DNA of 64,000 nt. Origin: Takakia lepidozioides. Taxonomy: Eukaryota; Plantae; Bryophyta. Below, one piece after another: positions 1 through 12,442 of this stretch (positions are counted from its first letter, which is position 1; the number at the start of each line of letters is the position of its first letter). The DNA lies in assembly GCA_030704615.1 (NCBI GenBank), contig CM060733.1, positions 124,001 to 188,000 of the forward strand, in the 5' to 3' direction. The translations under genes were made by a program, and so were the position numbers. The notes beneath the pieces were generated by a model. It did no database searches, was not told where the DNA came from, and was given only the letters and a program-made list of their open reading frames with translations.

Positions 1-250
1 CATTCATTGATCTGTGTAGCTACTCAGACCATCCACCATTTCCTGATAGTGGGGTCTACCCGGCATAGGTGGGAAGTCAGCCCACAATTGCACTTGACTG
101 AAGGGGTGATTTTTGACTGATTCTGGCGACAGTGGATGGAAATCAGAGTGCTGTCCTAATTCTGGGTTTGGGTGGTGGAGCTTCTCCAAAGCTTGAAGAT
201 GGAAGTGAATACGAATTTTAAAGAGCTTGATGAGAGGGGCAACCCTGTGC
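1..250 (-). mobile_element. Decayed LINE ORF1-like fragment
   Basis: Minus-strand translation HSDFHPLSPESVKNHPFSQVQLWADFPPMP loosely resembles the W.P.F.P...VWV.LP.LP region of plant LINE ORF1. The match is weak. Confidence 0.3.
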
Positions 251-782
251 ACAAGTTTGTTCAGCATCTTAAAAATAGACATGTTTGTTTGTTTCTCGTG
301 GTGTGGCTTTGGAGCCATTGACGAACTTGCATGAATATTGTCAAAAGCTAGCCTTAACCCACCAAGATCCAATCCCATGGTGGATGCTTGAAAGTTCATA
401 TAGTGAATGTAAGGGTATTTGGGTATGTTGTTATTGGTTGATGCGGCTTGTGAAAATTGAACATTGAAATGCAGATCCGCCAATTTTCTTCCAGAAAAAA
501 ACAAAACACGGGATCTCTGCATGTAACACCGTGGGGATGACCCACCTTTTTTGTGAAAAATTGAACGTAGTTCTCAGAATTCGTCGCTAGTAGTGCGGAG
601 CAACGCGAAGCCCTAGTATAAATAAATATATATATTTAGATTGCTTTTGTGATACATAGATGTAGCGTAGGTGTGTTGGTTAGTCTGTAGTGTCTTAGAA
701 ATGTTATAACGTGGAGGTCTTAGGTTCAAGTATGCATTGCATGATATATGTAGAACAATGAACATATCGCCATTAGATAGAA

Positions 783-1068
783 CCAGAGTCAATGGTCAAC
801 GCCGGAGTCAATGGTCAACAAGTTTTTGAAATTCAATTTTTCCCGCCTAAATTCAAATGTACCCCCTTAAATTGCGACGTCCGGGCGTCGCACTTTGCGA
901 CCCCCGGACGGTGCTAATTCTGCATTGCAGGGTAAGTGTTTTTTTTGTTTTTGTTTTTGCGACGTCCGGGCGTCGCAAATTTGGTTCTTCCCCCCTGCCC
1001 GAAAAGGGCTATTTTACGACGCCGCGGCGTGGCTGCAGCGTCGAAAACACCCCTTTTTTCCTGTAGTG
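783..1068. mobile_element. Right end of a CACTA (En/Spm-like) DNA transposon with subterminal repeats
   Basis: Ends in TTTTTTCCTGTAGTG (reverse complement CACTACAGGAAAAAA) at 1068. It is preceded by imperfect palindromic GCGACGTCCGGGCGTCGCA copies (~873, ~959) and tandem GAGTCAATGGTCAAC (~786, ~805). No matching left TIR was found in the window. Confidence 0.6.
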
Positions 1069-1450
1069 ATGAGGATGATAGGAGGGGTAAATGGTCCCTT
1101 CATCTCAGCCCAGACGAGGACAAAGTCTGGATTGAAGGAAAGGCCTTGTCTGCTACCTCTTTAGTCTCAAGGAGTATGGAGAAAAATCCTCTCCCCTGGC
1201 GTGACATAAATGTTGTTTTAGATCACCCGAGCCTCCAAGGTGACTTATTGCCCAATCCCTCATATGTGCCCTGTCCACCTTTTTGCCAGGGAAATGTAAT
1301 AGAACCCTTCTGTCTTCAATGTCCGAGACTCTGTTGTTGAGTCTAACAAAGTCTACCTTGATGGTGGGGTGTTCTTTGCTCATTACCAGTTGAATTGCCG
1401 AGACTTCCTCCAAGCGTTCTGGGTTATTTCCCACCATTTCTTCCATTGGC
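1069..1450 (-). mobile_element. Decayed LINE ORF1-like fragment
   Basis: Frame-shifted minus-strand translation RRVLLHFPGKKVDRAHMRDWAISHLG ... GRGFFSILLETKEVADKA resembles the N-terminal domain of plant LINE ORF1 (GRGFF motif). Confidence 0.4.
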
Positions 1451-2099
1451 AGGTTGCCTTGAGCGTTGTCTTGCAGGCTTTGAAAAGCTTTTGTTGGTGG
1501 AGGGACAGCGCATGCACGTGAGCTGAGGACTGGCGAGATGGAATGGTGCTATCTAGGAGCCTGCATGCTTCTTTGCCCTTGATACCTGGATTGAGCCAAT
1601 TGATCCTTCGTGATGACTATTTTGCAGGCATGCGACGAGGAAGTAGGATTTGCGTGCAAGTAGGAGACAAGCGCGGGAACGGAGACAATGGGGGATTAGA
1701 AATGAACGAAGCGAGGCGAGGTTGGAACGAGCTGCTAGGGGTGACGGCTGCTTAAGGACTGCAGGGGCATGATCGTAGGCTTGGGGTGTGGCTTCCAAGG
1801 GAGGAAATCATAGGGAAGTTAGTTGCATGATGGTTGAGCTTAATTGACTGTGCAACCTTCAATATTGAAGTAAAGGCTGTAGAGCCTGTCGGGGAAGGAT
1901 GTAGGATGAATTAAAAACAAGGAAGGAACATTTTCCATAGAGGAAGAAGACTCAGCTGAGTTTGGAGGACATGCAAATCGATCAAGTTTACCTTTTTCCA
2001 TTCGTTTCTTGCATTTAATGAATTATTATCAGGACCGCCAGCACTACCATTTCAGTTTTGTGATTAGGATGGAGCCATTACGCGAGTAGCCGCTTGTTG

Positions 2100-3950
2100 T
2101 TTAAATGACAATGCCAGAGGCTTTGTTACGGTTGGAGACCACGCATTGATGCATTTATCCTCATGTACCTCCACCAGTTTATACCCCAAAATATATATGT
2201 ACTGTACAACCCGTTCAAAGTTTTTAAATCTGAAGAATGTGTCCGTGTGCTAGAATTAAACGGGCATATGTTTTGCATTTGAAGAGTAGCTAGGGCTTGT
2301 TGTGGGTATTTGTCATGACAATAGACAAATTCAATAAGGTGAATGGTGACGTCATGATGGGTGTTGTAGGGAACGAGTAATCGAATGTATAGGAGTAATA
2401 GAATGTATGGGCATAATCGTGACGGGTAGTGGCATGGGCAGTGTTGACAAATGCAGAGTAACATCAACCATTGCAGGGTGGTGTGTAATATAGGTCGGGG
2501 CGTCCCTGAGGCGTTTATAAGAGGAAACCATCTAGTCATGGTTTGGCCAAAAGATGTGTTTGCATTGATTGTACATGTATTGTTGTACTTGCGCGCTGTG
2601 ATGTGAGATTGATTGAGTGATGACTCTGAAGTAAAGCCATGGTTTCCCAACACTTCTGTGTAGAGCGAATATGAGGGAGAGCTTTTATGTCATTCTTTTA
2701 CACAGCCAGGACTTAGTCGCAGCTATAAGCAGATAGTTTTGCCTTAGCCCCGGCCACTACTATATGAGTCAGGAATGCAGATGACGATGAAGCTATCTAA
2801 TTTTGGGAGTTGTTAGATTTGGGGATCATTATTGGCAACTTTGGTGGTCCAGACGTGGTTAGAGAGCTTATGGGCAAAGACATTTGATTTCCATCTCTTT
2901 ATGTGTATCTTAGGGTGTGCAATTGAGGTTGTTACTTGTTGGTTGAGGACTTTGTGGGGATATATTTTGAGATTGCGGATATGGAGCTGTGGGGTCTTAG
3001 GCAAGTCTCTACAAATTATAAGCCAAAATGGGCAGGTGTAGACAACATGGACAGGGGAGTCAGGAGGGTCGATTGGGGGTTGGATGATGCTTCTTGAGCA
3101 AGAATATCCGCTCCTTCGCTCTCCATGATACCTATGTGTGAATATACTTTGAGAAAGTGTGTTTGGCCGAGGATTGAGGCCGTTTTTTCAATGGCTTGAA
3201 ATATAAGGAATATGTTGGGGTGGTTGTTGCGTGTGGAAGGATGGGCGATGTGGTTTCATCGAAGGAAGATGGAGGTGAAGTATGTGGGTTGAAATTTGCT
3301 AAGTTGGCATACACCTTCACATATAGCCATGAGTTTGGTATGAAGGAGTATAATGGGTGGTTTTGGTAGTATGTGGGTTGAAGTGAGGTCAGTAACTCAT
3401 GTCATATACAACATATGCTCCTCTTAGATAGCCATTTTGTGAAGAGGTATTTGAGTGGGACGATCTCCGTGTAGTTGGAAAAGAGTGGTCGGGCGAGCGG
3501 GAGCTAACGACGTGTTGTGCATGGGGAAGCTTGATGTCAAGTTTTATCAACGTTGAGGTGTAGGAGGGGATTGGGTATTGGGTGTGTGTGGGTGTGGCGA
3601 GTGACCATTCTATACCCACATTCATGGATGAATATCTTTTGAAATTATGTTTGGAAGATATGGAGAATGTTCAGGTTACTTGTGCAATGTAGTACATATG
3701 CATGATATAGTGGTAAGAGATTGTTCTTCTTGGGTCATATAGGCACGGTAGGGCGTTTCGGAGGGTAGGTGTGTTGATTGGGGTTCTATTTGTAGCCAAT
3801 AAGTACTGCACGAAAAAAATAACCATGGTACACATGCCATGAGGCTAACATCAAGAGTTGATTGGATAACACCCTCCAAAGAACAAACTTTTCTATAGAA
3901 ACAACGATTGTTGCATTAGCATACCAGCAATGTATGGAACAATGTACAGT
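2100..3950 (-). mobile_element. Possible highly degenerate non-LTR retrotransposon remnant
   Basis: Strongly strand-skewed composition, short broken ORFs and faint RT-like words (TRWFPL). No intact motif. Confidence 0.25.
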
Positions 3951-5936
3951 GGAATAAGTGGAAAAAAAAAAAGGTAGCTTCCCAGCTTCGACTAAGAGAT
4001 CAATGTAGATGTTAAACAAATAGAGTGAAGAAGAGGTGGCTTACCATCAAAGACCATGGATCATTTGATTTTTCAAATTATATGCAAAAGTGTCATAGCC
4101 TAGATGAAGCTAGGAGCGGGTAAGTGCAGACTACACTAGCTCAAAAGCGGCAGATGTGCCCTCCACTGAAAGTCCATGAGAAAAAATTAATTAAATTTTT
4201 ATTTAAGGATATTTGTTCAAATATATTTTTATCTTCATAGGTAATGGTATACTAATCATATTTAGTAAATGGTCTCATCCCAAATATTTGTTTTTTTTTA
4301 TAATTGTTTTTTAACATTTTTTTCTTCTTATTTATAAATAATAGCTATTTATTATTATCTTGTAGTTTATGAAATTTGTCCATATAAAAATAAGCTCCTA
4401 GAGACAATAACAATATATATATTCTTAGCAAAGATCTCCATCCAAATATGAGTTTTTCAAAATGCTATGGACAAATCGTCATTTTGGGGGTTTTTTGGGT
4501 ACAAAAAAGTCCATAGTGTCTCGATGGATGGATGGAATTGTTCACAAATTTATATATGTGTCTATTCAAACATTGTGTATCTAGTTGTAAAGTCCATATA
4601 TGAATTGGTTTTGCACAAATAGGTTATTCAAATGGCATTTGGGACATTAGATGGACTGTGACAGTCCATTGGAATTCCCTACAAAAGTCCATAGCTTCAT
4701 GAGATTTCATCCAAATTCCAAAATAATTGTACCCACATGTACATATGGTAAGTGGCTAACCCATTCTAAGTCCATTTGCTATGAATGTATACTTATGTGT
4801 ATAGGGTGAAGAATAATATGACAAGCAGTCAGTCGAAAACTGCAAATTGCAGTCCAAACTGAGCCAGTGTAGTTTGCATCTACCCGAACACCAAAGTTGG
4901 CAAGGATGCCATCAGCTTGATCAGCCAAAATCAAAATTGAGAAGCAGAAGAGTAGGATTAGAAACATTAATGGCCTTCCTTGAAGAATGGAAGGATTTGA
5001 ATTTTGTACCACACCGCAGAGACAAAAAAGAGGAGACCAAACAATGCTCAGGAGACTTCATCAAATGGGCATTGCACGAAATACAAGAGTTATTAGGAGG
5101 GTCTTGAAACTTAACAGTAGACAAGATACAATTGCAAATTACTCACCAAAAGAAAGCACAATGATTAGAGGCTCGGTGAGACAGCCATATGTCTCACCAG
5201 ATATCTAGCCAAGCATGAGGAGAGATGCCACCATTTGGAATTCATCTTGTGGACATAGCCCCCTTGGCAGAACTTAGCCAACATCTTATAACCCAATTTT
5301 GAAAATTAATAAAAAATAAAATGACGTCTTCCAAAGGAAGAGTAAATTATGGCGTCTCTACATCCCAAGACTAACATCCCGAGGACTATTGCCTTCTGTT
5401 CGAAAGTGGACACTTTGAACCCTAATTAGAAAATCCAAAAAATGATTAGAGAGAGAGAAAGAGAAATAGAAGAGAGCAATGCACAATGGGGTTGTTGGAG
5501 GGTACGGCGGGGTCGCGCATGAAGAAAAAGGTGGAAGAATCTTCCCAGGGCTTCTCAGCGGTGTTGGAGACAACTTTGCAAGGACTTGACATTTCGTGGG
5601 GCAAGGGCGGCATCCTCGGCTCCCGCTCTTCTGACACACACTTTCGTTGGAAAGACAGCCTTCCCACGCAATGGGAAGTCCCCACATGAGGGTGAGAAAA
5701 GAGAACACAATTGGAGGCACACCAAAGAGCCAGAGACCCTAAACTCAAGGCGCAACTTAGATTTTAGCTTTGTCATCTACCCTCTTTCATTAGACATTAA
5801 TGATAGCATCACTAATTCCTGATCGGTTCCCCTCGCCTGCATCTTGTATTTCACGACCTCTTACCTTGTGCTCATCTCTCGTACTTATATTTTCAGCTCT
5901 CGGGCTCCTGTTCCCTATGTCTTCTGGCGTAGGCTC

Positions 5937-5964
5937 GCACCTAGCACCTAGCACCTAGCACCTG
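5937..5964. repeat. 7-bp tandem repeat (GCACCTA) x4
   Basis: gcaccta gcaccta gcaccta gcacctg, read directly. Confidence 0.85.
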
Positions 5965-6156
5965 TTTCTCAGTTTTCCTTGACTCTTGATTATTGGGGCA
6001 GTCTCCCCACTGAAAGCCTTCACGAATCACGGCCTTCATGGTGGTTGTTTTTTTCCACCTTTTAACCTTTTGGGCTTCGTCTTGTTCTAAAAATAAAAAT
6101 AAAAATAAAAACCCTAAATCACGTAGGTTATGTATAGAGGAAGGCCCCTAGTGGAG

Positions 6157-6233
6157 GGCGCCCCTTGAATTTTATGCCCTAGGGCCTCGGGCGGGCGGCC
6201 CGAGGCCCTAGGGCATAAAATTCAAGGAGCGCC
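6157..6233. repeat. Perfect 30-bp inverted repeat (hairpin); member of a dispersed repeat family
   Basis: Arm 6163-6192 CCTTGAATTTTATGCCCTAGGGCCTCGGGC and its exact reverse complement at 6198-6227, with a 5-nt loop. A related copy lies at ~45787-45865. Confidence 0.9.
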
Positions 6234-6558
6234 TGATACGAGGGTCTAGGTAAAAGATAAGGAAATGTCAGAGGTGCGCATACATAGAGTGTAATCGGCA
6301 CTGTGCATTATATACTCTTTTGTATTGCCCTCGTACTCATGGCTGGCTATTACACTGTATAACTAAACGATATTAACGAAGAGAAATCAGCCCCAATTGT
6401 TTACTTATAGGGGAAGGCCTGGAGGGGAGGGGGTTCCTGGACTTAAGGGCACTAGGCCGAGGGCGGTAGGCCGAGGCTGTGAACGGAAATCCAGGACCCC
6501 CGACCCGAGAGGCCTTCCCCTGCATAAAGCACGTGAAGATTGCACGGTGCATTCCACG

Positions 6559-6762
6559 CTCCCGCGTTTCAGGGGGCGTTCCACCGGTGTGCATTGCCCT
6601 CCCGCGTTTCAGGGGGCGTTCCACCGGTGTGCATTGCCCTCCCGCGTTTCAGGGGGCGTTCCACCGGTGTGCATTGCCCTCCCGCGTTTCAGGGGGCGTT
6701 CCACCGGTGTGCATTGCCCTCCCGCGTTTCAGGGGGCGTTCCACCGATGCGTATGCCCCTCC
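6559..6762. repeat. GC-rich minisatellite, 40-bp unit x ~5
   Basis: Unit CCCGCGTTTCAGGGGGCGTTCCACCGGTGTGCATTGCCCT starts at 6561, 6601, 6641, 6681 and 6721 (last copy degenerate). No spacers. Confidence 0.95.
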
Positions 6763-7742
6763 ATAGTCAGTCAATCAGGCTATTCTGCTCTGGGAGGAGC
6801 AGATATTAACAAAGAGAAAAATCTGAGAGTGCTTTATGGAGAGGCAAGGTACAAACTCCCAATCACAGGGCTACTGCTCTAGTGCCCAGTTTTGCAAACA
6901 AAGAGAATAACAAAAATGGTGACAACGAGGTGATAGAGCAGACTCGTGTTCCTTGTGAGATATGAAACGAAACGTACAGCTTCCGATGAAACGTGGTGGA
7001 TGGATGAAAAATGCTGAAATGGTGGTCGTATATTGATGTGGGAGGCCGTATGCCCGGCAACTGTCTTCGGTTACATACAGGCCAGGCATCGCTGCTACGC
7101 TCTTGGATCGCATTCGCTCTGAAGTGCTTGTATATCTTGGTGGAATATATCGGCTATTTTGTATTTGCATTTACTGTCGCTGATCGTGATCTTCTGTTTC
7201 ATCGGATATTATTCTTTCTGGAAGTTTTTCCTTTTCAGAGATTAGATCGTGTTCCTAAATTTTGTCTTTGCTTTGGAGCTTCCGCTTTCTTGTACGGAAT
7301 TAATTCAGTGTAGGTAGCTGAGGGAGATTCGAAAGACTCCATGTGTGAGTGTTTACATCGACAGAGGAGGAGGGGATTGGACAGGCAAGGTTCTGTAGGT
7401 GCTGGCGTATCTCTCTTTCAATGCAACGAAGCCTAAAAAAGATCACGTTTCATTTTTTCCGCTGCATGCTGTTGCGTATTCTCTGTCCATTTGCTCAAGT
7501 TGTTTCGGAAGGCATATGGATTGAGAAGGGACAATGCTGTTGGAGTATTTAGCTGCATTTCACGGGCCCGTGAAATTCACTTTTTTGTACTTGAGAAAAC
7601 ATTCTTCCATACTCCCCACAGGGACACAGGGACACAGCAGGTATGCTGTTTAGAATCAGCTAAGAGCACATGTTTGAGCTTTGTGCAATCTTCCTTTCTC
7701 TTAAGTACCAGAAAGGGCGATACAGTTCAAGGAGCTGCTGCG

Positions 7743-8735
7743 ATGGCAGACCGCTTTTTCCCCAACAATATGAATGACTACAAGGTCTCCTCCAGAGGAA
7801 CAGACGAGGAGATTGAAGAGTCCCAAATGGTTGAACTGACTGAGGAAACGGTTCCGCATGTCGCCTTGAAATATCCACCCGAATTTGGGGAGCATTCATT
7901 CCCAACGTCATACCAATTCTTGAAGGCTGCGCTTGCCTTGAAAGACGAGGTCAACATCTCTTGACTCTGATCCATTGATTGTTTGCGTGTAGTGGAATGG
8001 CTTAGTGAGTAGTAGCGATGACAATCTAGGAGCAAATGAAGACATCTAGAAAGTAGACACGACAGATGATTCTATCCATTTGATGTCAGCAGAAGTCACA
8101 CATGCAGAGGTTGGAATTTGTCTTGATCTACATGGACAGCCAAGGTTGAAAAGGTCTTAGACCTTTTAGCTGCAAACAATGGAAAGTGGAGAAAATGCTT
8201 GATTGTCATGTCTAGTTCATTTGAGATTGTGCCGTTGGCTGTTGTTCTGAGCCTGAAAGCCATCCGACAAAGGCGTACTGAGTCCTGCAGTAAATTGCTC
8301 TGTATCTGTCCCAAGCAGGTCTCCAAACTTCACGGAATTACACATCCATCTGAGAACCTTTGTCCTGTTATTGGCTCTATCTCGTCTGTCATACCGCCCT
8401 TTTCTAGACACAGTCCATGTGGCTTTGTTCACATCTGTGGCCAAATGGGAGGCTAGAGCAGCAGTGCTGGAATCAACATTGTGTTCTTAAGCATAATGTC
8501 TACCCCAGCCACACAGGACAACTCAATTTCCTGTGACCAGATTGTCGTTGGCTTGCGGCCGTGCACGAGGGCAATGGCGATTTCGGGTTGAGTTTCCATA
8601 CTCTTGTGGGTGCAAACTCCACAACCAACTCCGGGAGGGCTGATATGCTGCAGGGACCCTTAAGGGTACGTCATAGCCCAGGTTCGCAGGGAACAGTTAA
8701 TCAGTAGTTTCTCTCTCTTCTTAAAATTGTTTGTC

Positions 8736-8769
<34 letters not shown>

Positions 8770-11426
8770 CTATACAAACAGAGAAGGCTACCCCAAGCTA
8801 GAGTATTTCTACCCTTCTGTTCCCTTCCATTTTCAATGTAAAGGTAATTGGAAAATTCTTGACCCGGTACTTCCGCACTTTTGTAAACTGCAAGTCATAC
8901 AAACACCAAAATGAAATGAAAAGATCCTTAGAAAATTAAACCTCGGTAAACTTGTCACAAGAGAAATCTCAGGGAATGGAATCTGTCACATAATGATGTG
9001 TTATTGACTGCAGGTGGTACAAGCTACGTGGGTTCGGAATGGACCACGAGTGTCCGACCCCTGTATGTACGTGGGAGTCCTAGGGACTGCATTCTTGTGT
9101 TTCAAAGTCTACCTAACAACTGGGAGCAATGAAGACTTGATACTAGCCTCTGACATTGTTGAGAGCTGCTGTGCTGCTGCAGAGCCCATGAAACAGTTAA
9201 TACTCTCCCTATGGCCTTCTGTTTTTCCAAAATCCCCCAACAGCAAGTGTTGGTCCTGTGGAGTTGCATTTGTGCTAGGTTCGATACAACAAGTCACACT
9301 TTCTGTAGAGGACAGTCTTCTGCCCAAGAGGTATAGATGGTGATGTTTTGTGCAAGCTATCAAGAATAGCACTATTGACTAGTCTCTGGAATTAGCAAAC
9401 AGAGCATACATTCTAATCTGCCATGAAGGTGAAAACAACATCTAGCACAGGATGTCTCAAGCTCTTGTAGTTGAGAGGTCCTTCTGGCCCTGACTATGTC
9501 CACTGCTATGTATGAGTGAGATAGGGTTTGGAGTGGAATAGAAACCTGCAGATGATGAAGTTTCAAAATCGACAAGCTATACCTCACTGGAATTGAAAGA
9601 GGATGGGTCTTCAAGTAGTGTGTGACAGTAAGCCACTTGTTTGAGAGGGAGTGTCATCTGAAGACAGATTGACTCAGTTCAGGTTTTGTTGTTCACCTGG
9701 GGCTTTACTACGTTCTGGAGTTGTAGACACACTTCAAGAGACGGGTTTCTCTGAATCTATTCTGTGACTGTTGGCATGGAAAGGTTCTCCTTTTGCACAC
9801 TGTTTAAGTGAAAATTGTGGAGTGGGGCAGGTATGTAACGTTTCTCCGTGGGCAGCCTGGCATCTACGCGTTAGGAGCAGCAGTTGCCAAGTGCAGAGGG
9901 GACCAAAAGCGTCTTGACTATTATCTTGGACTTTTCAACGAGGTCACTCTCTTCTTTCCCAGCCATGTAATTACTCATGCCATGTTAAGAGGATTTTGTG
10001 TATACTGAAGCTCTGTGTATAAATGGCTGAGGTCATACAAGATGTTGGAAAGCAAATGGGATTTGTAGGCTTCAGTGCAAGATTCTGAAGTATACGTACC
10101 TCATACTGGTTGTGCAGCATAGTGGCATGTCATTCTTACAGACAAATGAGTCGTTATTGTTTGGGTCGAAAGATGACCCATATGTACTTTCTTTGTTGAG
10201 TCAGGTTGCCAAACAGAGGGCTCTTGCGGTGGGCCCTGCTGAGGGTGGGCTTGGCATGCCATATGAGCTTTTGTATGGACGTGCTGGATTTCTCTGGGCT
10301 GCGCTTTTTGTCAACAAATATGTTGGTGAGGAGACTGTTCCCTTCAGTCTTACGGTGAGTGGTCTTGATGTTGAAGTTTTGTCCTGTCCTCTCTTTTCCC
10401 CCCTCCCATGTAATTTTATCTTGCTTAAGTGAAATCCCTGGTGTGAAAGTCCTAGACTGGCTTTGTGGCAGTCAGTCAGTACTTTGACATCTTACTCATC
10501 AGAGGCAGAGGAATTGGGACATTCTGCTAGCATTATCATTCGAAATGAATGCGAAGGTACTTAAAGACGCGTCAGGTCCCTGGTGCTGGGGGCCTTGGAA
10601 GGATGGAATAGAGTTGAGGCTATTGTCTTCTCTTGTTGAAGCTGAAAGAGAAAATGGTTGGGGCTGTCAATTTGATGTCTGCTTCCCAACACTTTAACCT
10701 TTAAAAGCCTGGCTGTTCCTGGATGCAGTTTAGGACTTGCTCTCTCGCTTTACATGCACCTTGGGGACAGAAAGGATTGTGCCTTATGTAGTCCCTAATG
10801 ACTGGCTGCGAGGTCCTGTATATTGGCTCTGGGGGGTAGGGGAGTTTTTATTGACCAACCTCAAACGGTGGAATTGGTTCAACTGGATCGACTGCAGGGA
10901 CCAGTGGTTGATGCAGTGTTAGCAGCTGGACGAACAGGATCCTCACATACACGGTGCCCACTAATGTACCAATGGCACGGAACTCGTTATTGGGGAGCAG
11001 CCCATGGTCTGGCGGGTATCATGCACGTCCTTATGCATTTCCCACTCAATAAAGTGGATGCTGATGATGTTAAGGGTACTTTGCAATACATGATGAAGAA
11101 TCGGTTCTTAAGGGGCAACTACCCTTCGAGTGAAGGCAATACAAGGGGAGATTGGCTAGTGCACTGGTGTCATGGGGCGCCAGGTGTTGCAATGACACTC
11201 TGTAAAGCTACTCACGTGAGTGTTTGTCTTCCATGTTTGCCACGTAGGGAAGGTATGAATTCATGTGTACCCTAGTTGCATATCAAAATATTAGTATCGC
11301 AACGACCAAAGTTGGTGGTGAGACCAAGACCAATTCCAAGAAAAATTAAAATGAGGTGTATCACTTTTCACCACTTCATCTTTCCCACTCAGCCTTTGAG
11401 ATGGATTCTAACTAATGGTGGCAATC

Positions 11427-11464
<38 letters not shown>

Positions 11465-12442
11465 TCCATACTTGGTGCAGGGTCCAACATTTGGTCCTCC
11501 ATACCACATGGGTTCCTTTCTTGGTCCCTAGACCAACACTCTCCCACCATAATCAATTTCACCTATTGGTCTTGGTCCATAGTCTAAAGTGGCCCTATAA
11601 GAAACCATGTGGTGAGAAAAAGTAGAGCGAGCTACTGCCTTCAGCTTGAAGGCTGACACCTTCAATGGTCATAAGTCATAGCTGGGACAAGGTGATTGTC
11701 CACTCCTTCCCCAAGGACTCAAAAGCCCCAAGGTACTTACAGCCTTAGTCTGCTTGTTGGCCTAGTCCCCTTTATACTTGGGTTGGCTATAATGGGCGAC
11801 GTCCAACATACATGGATGTGGCTGTGAACACTTGATGACACCACGTGGTGAGCTACACTCATAAGGGTTGCAAACTATCAATCACTGTGGATGAGTTTAT
11901 GTGCAAGACAATGTCATCGGAGATTGCAGTGTTGAAATTGCTACTTTGCCATACCCCTGTGATGATCCATTTTGTTGGAAATTGGTTTGGCATAGTTTTG
12001 TAGCAACAGAAGAAGGGTATATTGGTGTTCACTAGGTCCAGGGAACGAGCGAGACAGACAGAGACTAACATCGACTGCCAACTGGTGACTGTTTTTACAG
12101 GTGTTTTCTGAGGATGAAGACTTCTGGAAAGCAGCAATAGATGCAGGCGAGGTGGTGTGGACCCGTGGATTGTTGCGGCGGTTAGGACTTTGCCATGGCA
12201 TCAGTGGAAATGCCTATGTCTTCTTAACTTTGTTTCGAACAACAGGAGCCAAACAACATCTGTTTCGGGCACGACAGTTTGCTGGTTTTCTTCACAAACA
12301 TGCAAAGCACTTGATCTCTACAGGGGAAATGCATGGTGGTGACCATCCTCACTCTTTGTTTGAGGGCTTGGCAGGGACAGCCTGTCTGTGGTTGGATGTC
12401 GCACGTCCGGAGAACTCAAGATTCCCTGGTTACGAAATCTGA
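7743..12442 (+). CDS. LanC-like protein (LANCL; GCR2/GCL family, GCL1-like), 6 exons
   Basis: Exons ~7743-7949, 9014-9195, 9831-9942, ~10205-10354, ~10899-11216 and 12101-12442 with GT-AG sites. Motifs: MADRFFPN, YELLYGRAGFLWA, YWGAAHGLAGI, the Zn-binding HWCHGAPG and LCHGISGN, SLFEG, and a C-terminal RFPGYEI. Confidence 0.92.
8739..8766. repeat. (CT)n microsatellite
   Basis: Run of ct dinucleotides in LANCL intron 1. Confidence 0.9.
11320..11597. mobile_element. Possible MITE in LANCL intron 5 containing a (TA)n tract
   Basis: GACCAAGACCAAT near 11322 is inverted relative to ATTGGTCTTGGTC near 11565. (TA)n at ~11431-11460. Confidence 0.35.

Noticed and set aside
6559-6762. CRISPR-like array and the repetitive ORFs 6397-6882, 6479-6766 and 6540-6809
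   Set aside because: Units are contiguous with no unique spacers, there are no cas genes and the context is eukaryotic. The ORFs are by-products of a stop-free minisatellite.
7743-12442. Lanthipeptide biosynthetic cluster around the LanC-like gene
   Set aside because: No LanB dehydratase or precursor peptide nearby; intron-containing LANCL genes are standard in eukaryotes.
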